Below, piece after piece: positions 26,640 through 32,000 of a stretch of 32,000 nt of DNA. Positions within the stretch are counted from its first letter, which is position 1. Each line of letters opens with the position of its first letter. This DNA is from Hyperthermus butylicus DSM 5456 (GTDB taxonomy: Archaea; Thermoproteota; Thermoprotei_A; Sulfolobales; Pyrodictiaceae). A program made the position numbers and the translations under genes. The DNA is taken from contig NC_008818.1 of assembly GCF_000015145.1 (NCBI RefSeq), positions 1,440,001 to 1,472,000 of the forward strand. Direction: 5' to 3'. Under the pieces are notes generated by a model. The model was not told the origin of the DNA. It saw only the letters and a program-made list of their open reading frames with translations, and searched no databases.

Positions 26640-28067
26640 TTGGTTAGCGGGGGTGTTCTCCTCGTGGACAACCATGGAGTTCAAGTCATCTACCCGGTTG
26701 CAGTTACTGTTGCTGGTGTTGATCCTAGTGGTGGTGCAGGCATTGCTGCCGACTTGAAGGCTTTCGCAGCCATGGGTGTTCATGGGGCTGTAGTTGTTGC
26801 CGTTGTCACTGTACAGGATACCCGTGGTGTTCGCCGTGTCCATGTGCTGCCCAGCTGGCTTGTAGAGGAGCAGTTGCAGGCCGTGCTCGAGGACTATCGT
26901 GTTGGGGCTGTTAAGACCGGGGTGCTGGGCTCCCGCGAGAATGTTGAAGCTATAGCTAGGCTCCTCCGCGGGCGAGACATCGCCCTTGTCGTGGACCCTG
27001 TGTATCGTGCTTCGGCGGGCCAGCTACTTAACAGTGATGATGCATTCAAGGCTATTGTGGAGGAGCTATTTCCACTGGCTAGCCTCGTTGCCCCGAACGT
27101 GCCTGAGGCCGAGAGGATTACGGGTACACGTATACGCAGTATCGAGGATGCGAAGAGGGCTGCCAGGATACTCGTGGAGGACTATGGTGCTAGGGCCGCC
27201 CTAATCAAGGGGGGACACTTGCCCGGCGAGCCTGTTGACGTGCTCTACTACGAGGATGTTTTCTGGGAGTTTAGGGGCGAAAGGAGAAGCGGCTGCAGCC
27301 ACGGCACTGGCTGCACCTTCACTGCCGCGTTAGCTGCTGGGCTTGCAAAGGGCTTGGACCTGGTCGAAGCCGTTGTGAGGGCTCGAAAGCTAGTCGAGGA
27401 GGCTATAGAGTACGGGTTCCGTGTTGGTCGCGGCGATTGTCCCGTAAACCCTCTAGCTGGGCTTGAGAGGGATGCTGAGAGGTACCGAGCCATAGCCGCC
27501 GTCGAGGATGCTCTTAGACTCCTCCTCGAGAATGCTAGCCGGGTAGCCCGCTACGCTCCCGAGGTAGGCATGAACATCGCCTATGCTATCGAGCCTCGCC
27601 TCGCCCGGAGCATCGGGGACGTCGCAGGTGTCATGGGGAGGATCGTGAGGTACGGCGATACATTGAAGCCCGTTGGTCCAGTGAGGATGGGTGCTTCCAG
27701 CCACATGGCCCGCCTGGTCCTAGCAGCAATGGAGCGCGACCCCTCGCTAAGGGCTGCACTAAACATTCGCTACGCCCCCGAGCTGATAGAGGCTGCTAGG
27801 CGAACCGGCTTGCGGGTCGTCTATGTTGATCGCCGAGCTGAGCCGGAGGAGGTGCGCAGAGTTGAGGGCGCCAGTATGAGGTGGCTAGTGGAGAGAGCCT
27901 TCGCTGTTGCCGGTGCTACGCCAGATGTAGTCTATGATACAGGGGATGTGGGAAAGGAGGCCATGATACGCATCCTAGCTCGCACACCGAGGGAGGCCAT
28001 TGAGAAGCTCTTGAGGATACTCGAAGCCCTGGAAGGGAGAGGAGGCATGGAGCAGGAAGAGGCATAG
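26640..28067 (+). CDS. thiD: Hydroxymethylpyrimidine/phosphomethylpyrimidine kinase fused to a ThiN-type thiamine-phosphate synthase domain
   Basis: ThiD: VAGVDPSGGAGIAADLKAFAAMGVHG, GSGCSHGTGCTFTAALAAGLAKG-like motif (GCSHGTGCTFTAALAAGLA). ThiN: GMNIAYAIEPRLARSIGDVAGVMGRIVRYGDTLKPVGPVRMGASSHMA. Confidence 0.93.
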   Translation: MVSGGVLLVDNHGVQVIYPVAVTVAGVDPSGGAGIAADLKAFAAMGVHGAVVVAVVTVQDTRGVRRVHVLPSWLVEEQLQAVLEDYRVGAVKTGVLGSRENVEAIARLLRGRDIALVVDPVYRASAGQLLNSDDAFKAIVEELFPLASLVAPNVPEAERITGTRIRSIEDAKRAARILVEDYGARAALIKGGHLPGEPVDVLYYEDVFWEFRGERRSGCSHGTGCTFTAALAAGLAKGLDLVEAVVRARKLVEEAIEYGFRVGRGDCPVNPLAGLERDAERYRAIAAVEDALRLLLENASRVARYAPEVGMNIAYAIEPRLARSIGDVAGVMGRIVRYGDTLKPVGPVRMGASSHMARLVLAAMERDPSLRAALNIRYAPELIEAARRTGLRVVYVDRRAEPEEVRRVEGASMRWLVERAFAVAGATPDVVYDTGDVGKEAMIRILARTPREAIEKLLRILEALEGRGGMEQEEA

Positions 28068-28087
28068 CCCCGGCCTTATAGGAGCCC

Positions 28088-29527
28088 GTGGGTAGGGACT
28101 CTGTGGGGGTGCACCGGGTTACGGGTATCGTGCAGGAGCTTGAATCCATCCTTGGCAGGGGCAAGGTCTACGACGATCCAGCAGTGGTGGCACTCTACTC
28201 GCGCGAGCCCAGCGGCCTCGAGGGTTTTGGACTCGCTGTAGTCTTTCCGGAGACCGCCGAGGATGTCTCTAGGCTTGCAGCATGGGCCTATCGTAGGATG
28301 GTGCCGCTCTACCCGCAGGGTAGCACTACGAGCCTCTCCGGCTCTGCCGTGCCGGAGAATGGTGTGATAGTTAGCTTTGAGAGGATGAACCGTATCCTTG
28401 AGGTTAGCGTGCTTGACTCAGTGGCTGTTGTCGAGCCGGGTGTGAGGATAGCCGAGCTTAACCTCGAGCTCGCCCGGTACCAGCACATGTTCCCCGTGGA
28501 CCCGGCTAGCCAGGCTGTAGCAACGGTGGGAGGCGCCATTAACAGCGGCGCTGGCGGCATGAAGGGGGCAAAGTATGGCACGATGAGGGACTGGGTTAAC
28601 CAGCTCGAGATAGTGCTCGCCGACGAGAACGGTACGAGGATGACTATTGGCTGCCGGACCGTGAAGTGCCGACAGGGCTACGACCTGGTAAGGCTTATCG
28701 TGGGTAGTGAGGGTACTCTTGCACTTGTAACGAGGGCTGTGCTCCGGATAACACCGCTGCCCGAAGCTGCACCCACAGTACTAGGGTTCTTCGACAACCT
28801 GGGGGACCTTGTTGATGCCTTTCTCGAGCTGCGTAGCGCTGGTGTACAACCGCTCCTAGCCGAGTTTCTCGACGCTAGAACAGTATCGATAGCTAGGCGT
28901 GGACTCCCCGGCTTCGAGAACGTGGAGGGCCACATGCTGCTGGTTAGCGTGGAGGCTAACCGGGAGGCTGTGGAGCGTATCCAGGCCCAGCTGGTAAAGG
29001 TGTTCGAGTCCCACGGGGCTCACGGTATCCGGGTTGCAGGGGACCTAGGGGAGGCTGAGGAGAAGGGGTTGCTAGCGCTACGCCGCAGGCTCCTCCCCGC
29101 ACAGCTCGAGTACTCGCGGCGCTATTGGGGTGCACCAAGGGTGCAGGTGTTCATAGAGGATATTGTGGTGCCCCCATCAAGGCTCGTGGAGGCCGTGGAA
29201 ATGCTGAATCAGCTAACTGAGGACTACGGACTCCCCATGGTGCTCGGAGGCCATATAGGTGATGGAAACCTGCACCCCGCCGTAGGCTTCGACCCCGGAG
29301 ATCCGGGAGCGGCAAGCCGGGTCCATGCATGGTTTACAGAGGTTATGAAGCTAGCCGTGAAGCTGGGCGGAAGCGTTAGCGCCGAGCACGGGGTGGGGAT
29401 GCTGAAGAGGGAGGGGTTGAGGATTGAGCTTGAGAGGCTTGGCTCGCTAAAAGCCCTCGAACTCATGAAGGCGATAAAGAGGCTATTCGACCCCCACAAC
29501 GTGCTCAACCCCGGCAAGCTCTTCTAG
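28088..29527 (+). CDS. FAD-linked oxidase, GlcD/D-lactate dehydrogenase-like
   Basis: VVFPETAEDVSRLAAWAYRRMVPLYPQGSTTSLSGSAVP, GGAINSGAGGMKGAKYGTMRDWV, GGHIGDGNLHP, SAEHGVGMLKR, KRLFDPHNVLNPGKLF. Confidence 0.95.
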   Translation: MGRDSVGVHRVTGIVQELESILGRGKVYDDPAVVALYSREPSGLEGFGLAVVFPETAEDVSRLAAWAYRRMVPLYPQGSTTSLSGSAVPENGVIVSFERMNRILEVSVLDSVAVVEPGVRIAELNLELARYQHMFPVDPASQAVATVGGAINSGAGGMKGAKYGTMRDWVNQLEIVLADENGTRMTIGCRTVKCRQGYDLVRLIVGSEGTLALVTRAVLRITPLPEAAPTVLGFFDNLGDLVDAFLELRSAGVQPLLAEFLDARTVSIARRGLPGFENVEGHMLLVSVEANREAVERIQAQLVKVFESHGAHGIRVAGDLGEAEEKGLLALRRRLLPAQLEYSRRYWGAPRVQVFIEDIVVPPSRLVEAVEMLNQLTEDYGLPMVLGGHIGDGNLHPAVGFDPGDPGAASRVHAWFTEVMKLAVKLGGSVSAEHGVGMLKREGLRIELERLGSLKALELMKAIKRLFDPHNVLNPGKLF

Positions 29528-29530
29528 GCA

Positions 29531-29848
29531 GTGGAGGCGGCTGATATGGATGCTAGGGAGCGGCTAGCCAGCGAGGCTGGTAGATGCGCGTACTGCGGGT
29601 TCTGCGAACAGGCCTGCCCAACACTACCCTTGGGATCCCATCGGGGCTACGGGCCAAGGGGCCGCGTGCTACTCGCGAGGCTCCTCGCCGAGGATAAGAT
29701 AGAGCCCACAAGGGAGCTAGTAGCCTCCCTCTACACCTGCACGCTCTGCGGCGCTTGCCTAATCTATTGCCCCGCCGGAATAGATGTCGTCAATGTTGTA
29801 AGGCTAGCAAGGATGCTGGCTGCCGAGAAGCTCGTAGGGGAGGGTTAG
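29531..29848 (+). CDS. Short 4Fe-4S ferredoxin-type protein (GlcF/HdrC N-terminal-like)
   Basis: CAYCGFCEQACPTLPLGSHRGYGPRGRVLLARLL and CTLCGACLIYCPAGIDVVNVVRLARM. Starts 3 nt after the GlcD-like gene. Confidence 0.88.
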   Translation: MEAADMDARERLASEAGRCAYCGFCEQACPTLPLGSHRGYGPRGRVLLARLLAEDKIEPTRELVASLYTCTLCGACLIYCPAGIDVVNVVRLARMLAAEKLVGEG

Positions 29849-30486
29849 CCATGAGACATGAACTTGTCTAGCCCCAGCTGCCTCCCCTCCCTCCTGGAGG
29901 CTTTCTCCAGCGCCTCAAGCCTCTCAAGTATGCTCTTTGGCGGCCGGGGCTTCTCACCCTTCAACAGCATTATGAAGAAGGTGTCCCTCACCGGCTCATA
30001 GACGAGCTTGAAGAACTTCTGGGGATCACGGAGAACCCATTCGGGGAACAGGGAGACATACTCGAGAGCCCCCCTCCATACCCTATCCCATGGCAGTAGC
30101 TTCCTAACCTTCAGCACCACCTCCCGGTCGAAATCGCGTGGTGTCTGCTCCTGTCCACCAATCACGAACCAGCCGCGAGGGCTCACCTGGACGCACTCTC
30201 CCAAAACCTCAACCATGCCCTCTGGACACTTTGAGCCAGGCCTCCTCTCGCGACTCCTCCGCAGCAGCTCTTCCAGCGTCACACTGTAGGCCCGGTACCT
30301 AGGCCCATAGTGCTTAGCCCATGCGTAGAATATGGCGCGGTTGAGGCCCCAGCTCTTAGCCTTCTCAAGATCTCCCCGCAGCTGGTAGTACCGAGCAGCC
30401 TGCAGCAGCGCCATAACCTGAAACCTCCCCAAGCCAGCAAGCCTTACAAGGTCCTCCGGCCGCGGCAACCCAGCCCCCTCCAACAC
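29845..30486 (-). CDS. Hypothetical protein
   Basis: 213-aa ORF, basic and helical, no family recognised. Convergent with the 4Fe-4S gene, 4-nt overlap. Confidence 0.6.
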   Translation of the reverse strand: MLEGAGLPRPEDLVRLAGLGRFQVMALLQAARYYQLRGDLEKAKSWGLNRAIFYAWAKHYGPRYRAYSVTLEELLRRSRERRPGSKCPEGMVEVLGECVQVSPRGWFVIGGQEQTPRDFDREVVLKVRKLLPWDRVWRGALEYVSLFPEWVLRDPQKFFKLVYEPVRDTFFIMLLKGEKPRPPKSILERLEALEKASRREGRQLGLDKFMSHG

Positions 30487-30637
30487 AGCGTAGAGAACAG
30501 GCTTGCCTCTGTATAGCTCTACATGTTGCTACGGGCTGACGCTGCACCATGAGAGCCCACTAAAACCCCCACGGCGCTCGTTGTAGAGATTCCGAACGAT
30601 TACATAAACTACCGCTTAGCTTTTAACCTGCGCGATA

Positions 30638-30648
30638 ATGTTTAAATT
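30638..30648 (+). promoter_or_regulatory. Candidate TATA-box region upstream of the solute-binding protein gene
   Basis: AT-rich TGTTTAAATTT about 80 nt upstream of the GTG start. Confidence 0.3.
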
Positions 30649-30724
30649 TCAGCTTACGCTACTATATTGTGTGGACTATACTACGGATACGACCGCCAAG
30701 CTAGAGCTTCTAAGGGTGGGAGTT

Positions 30725-32000
30725 GTGGCGAGTCGTGCGGCTTTAATAGCTGGTATTGTTGTGCTTGTTGTTATTGTTGCTGGTATTGCGGTCTACTTTG
30801 CCTCCAAGCCTGAGGAGAAGCCTGCAGCACCAACCGAACAGCCAACAGAACAACCAACAACAACACCAACAGAAGAAAAGCCTACGGAGACCAAGCCCCA
30901 GCTACCACAGCTAACCGGCAACATAGAGGAGGACATTGTTAACATTGCAAACTACCTGATAGCAAACGGCGTCAAGGAAGTTAAGTTCACCGTCTGGGGC
31001 GCCGGTGACCCCAACAGCGTCCTTAGAACCCTGGCAATCGTCGAGGCTGCCTATAGGCTCAACAAGATACTAGAGGAGAAGGGCATAGACTTCAAGATCA
31101 TTATCGAGCAGGACTTCAAGCGTGGCGGCGGCGACCAGCTAGCAGAGAAGTTCGCCACCGCGTTCCAGAGCGCGGCCAATGCCGACATAATGGCTAACAG
31201 CTACAAGCACCTGGCAAGGTTTGCTGAGGAAGGCTACATACTCGACATAACACCATACGTTGAAGCCTACAAGGACTTCATAAGCGACTTCTACTCAAGC
31301 CTACTAGAGGCCGTCAAGTACAATGGCAAGTACTACGCCATACCACAGGACACAGAGGCTAGGCCACTCTACTGGAGGACAGACGTAGCGGCATGCATCA
31401 AGGAGAAGACCGGTGAGGACATCCTCGTAAACCTCTACGAGAAGGTTGAGAAGGGCGAGGTAACCTGGAAGGACGTCTACCGCTACGCCAAGCTAGCAGT
31501 CGAGAACGGCTGCAGCGAGTGGGGCGTACTGCACAGGAAGGGAAGCGCCCACCCAGACCTAATACAGTTCATATTCGCCTTCGGCGGCACACTATACGAC
31601 CCCAACACCAACAAGCTAGTCCTAGACGTGCCCGCTGTCTACAAGTGGCTGTACGTAGAGTGGAAGATGGCCCGTGACGGCCTCATACCAAAGGACATGA
31701 TGAGCTGGGACTGGGCAAAGCAGATACACCCAACAGTCGTCGACGGCAAGACGCTAGCCTGGATTGGCGGCACCTGGCACTGGACAGAGTGGCAGACCAA
31801 GCCATACCACACCGACCCGCAGACCGGCGAGAAGAGGCCACTAACAGCCGAGGAGGTCAAGAACTACTTCTACTACACGCTATTCCCGGCAGGTGAGCCC
31901 GGCCAGAAGCCAGTAACGCTAAGCCAGCCATTCGTGTGGTACATAGCTAGCAATGCTGGCAAGGACAACCCGAAGTACGACGAGCTCAAGGAGGCCTACC
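30725..32000 (+). CDS. Extracellular solute-binding protein, sugar ABC transporter type, 3' end outside window
   Basis: GTG start with GGTGGG upstream; MASRAALIAGIVVLVVIVAGIAVYFA anchor; Pro/Thr-rich linker; EFTVWGAGDP-like start (KFTVWGAGDPNSVL); KYNGKYYAIPQDTEARPLYWRTD, open to the window end. Absent from the ORF track. Confidence 0.9.
   Translation, partial: MASRAALIAGIVVLVVIVAGIAVYFASKPEEKPAAPTEQPTEQPTTTPTEEKPTETKPQLPQLTGNIEEDIVNIANYLIANGVKEVKFTVWGAGDPNSVLRTLAIVEAAYRLNKILEEKGIDFKIIIEQDFKRGGGDQLAEKFATAFQSAANADIMANSYKHLARFAEEGYILDITPYVEAYKDFISDFYSSLLEAVKYNGKYYAIPQDTEARPLYWRTDVAACIKEKTGEDILVNLYEKVEKGEVTWKDVYRYAKLAVENGCSEWGVLHRKGSAHPDLIQFIFAFGGTLYDPNTNKLVLDVPAVYKWLYVEWKMARDGLIPKDMMSWDWAKQIHPTVVDGKTLAWIGGTWHWTEWQTKPYHTDPQTGEKRPLTAEEVKNYFYYTLFPAGEPGQKPVTLSQPFVWYIASNAGKDNPKYDELKEAY

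Noticed and set aside
31639-31860. Minus-strand 73-aa ORF near the right edge
   Set aside because: It lies antisense to the well-supported solute-binding protein reading frame.
1-32000. CRISPR array, cas operon, transposase or integrase
   Set aside because: No regularly spaced direct repeats of 24-37 bp, no Cas signature motifs and no DDE/serine/tyrosine recombinase motifs were seen. This makes the CARF-like call on 9540..11096 more tentative.

Overview
Protein-coding archaeal DNA, probably from a hyperthermophilic Desulfurococcales/Pyrodictiaceae-like crenarchaeote. This is inferred from gene content, TATA-like promoters with short leaders, and frequent GTG/TTG starts. Recognisable genes: GPN-loop GTPase (5' truncated), CoaBC, a YhhQ/VUT queuosine-precursor transporter, a DrrA-type ABC exporter, a CDF transporter, a GH130-like glycosidase or phosphorylase, a VapBC-type toxin-antitoxin pair, GTP-type PEP carboxykinase, phosphoglucose/phosphomannose isomerase, UbiD decarboxylase next to a nitrate/sulfonate/NMT1-type ABC transporter, indolepyruvate:ferredoxin oxidoreductase (IorAB), a sirtuin, a ThiD-ThiN fusion, a GlcD-like flavoprotein with a short 4Fe-4S partner, and the start of a sugar-type solute-binding protein that runs off the right edge. 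The best candidate for something unusual is the 518-aa protein at 9540..11096. It looks like an N-terminal Rossmann/CARF-like sensor domain joined to a C-terminal PIN nuclease domain, and it is divergent from the vapBC pair. The apparent vapB promoter carries a perfect 8-bp inverted repeat across its TATA-like box. Three decayed genes are visible (about 15.86-16.28 kb, 16.47-16.98 kb and 24.51-25.46 kb). I saw no CRISPR array, cas operon, rRNA, convincing tRNA or transposase. All family assignments are from reading the sequence; no searches were run.
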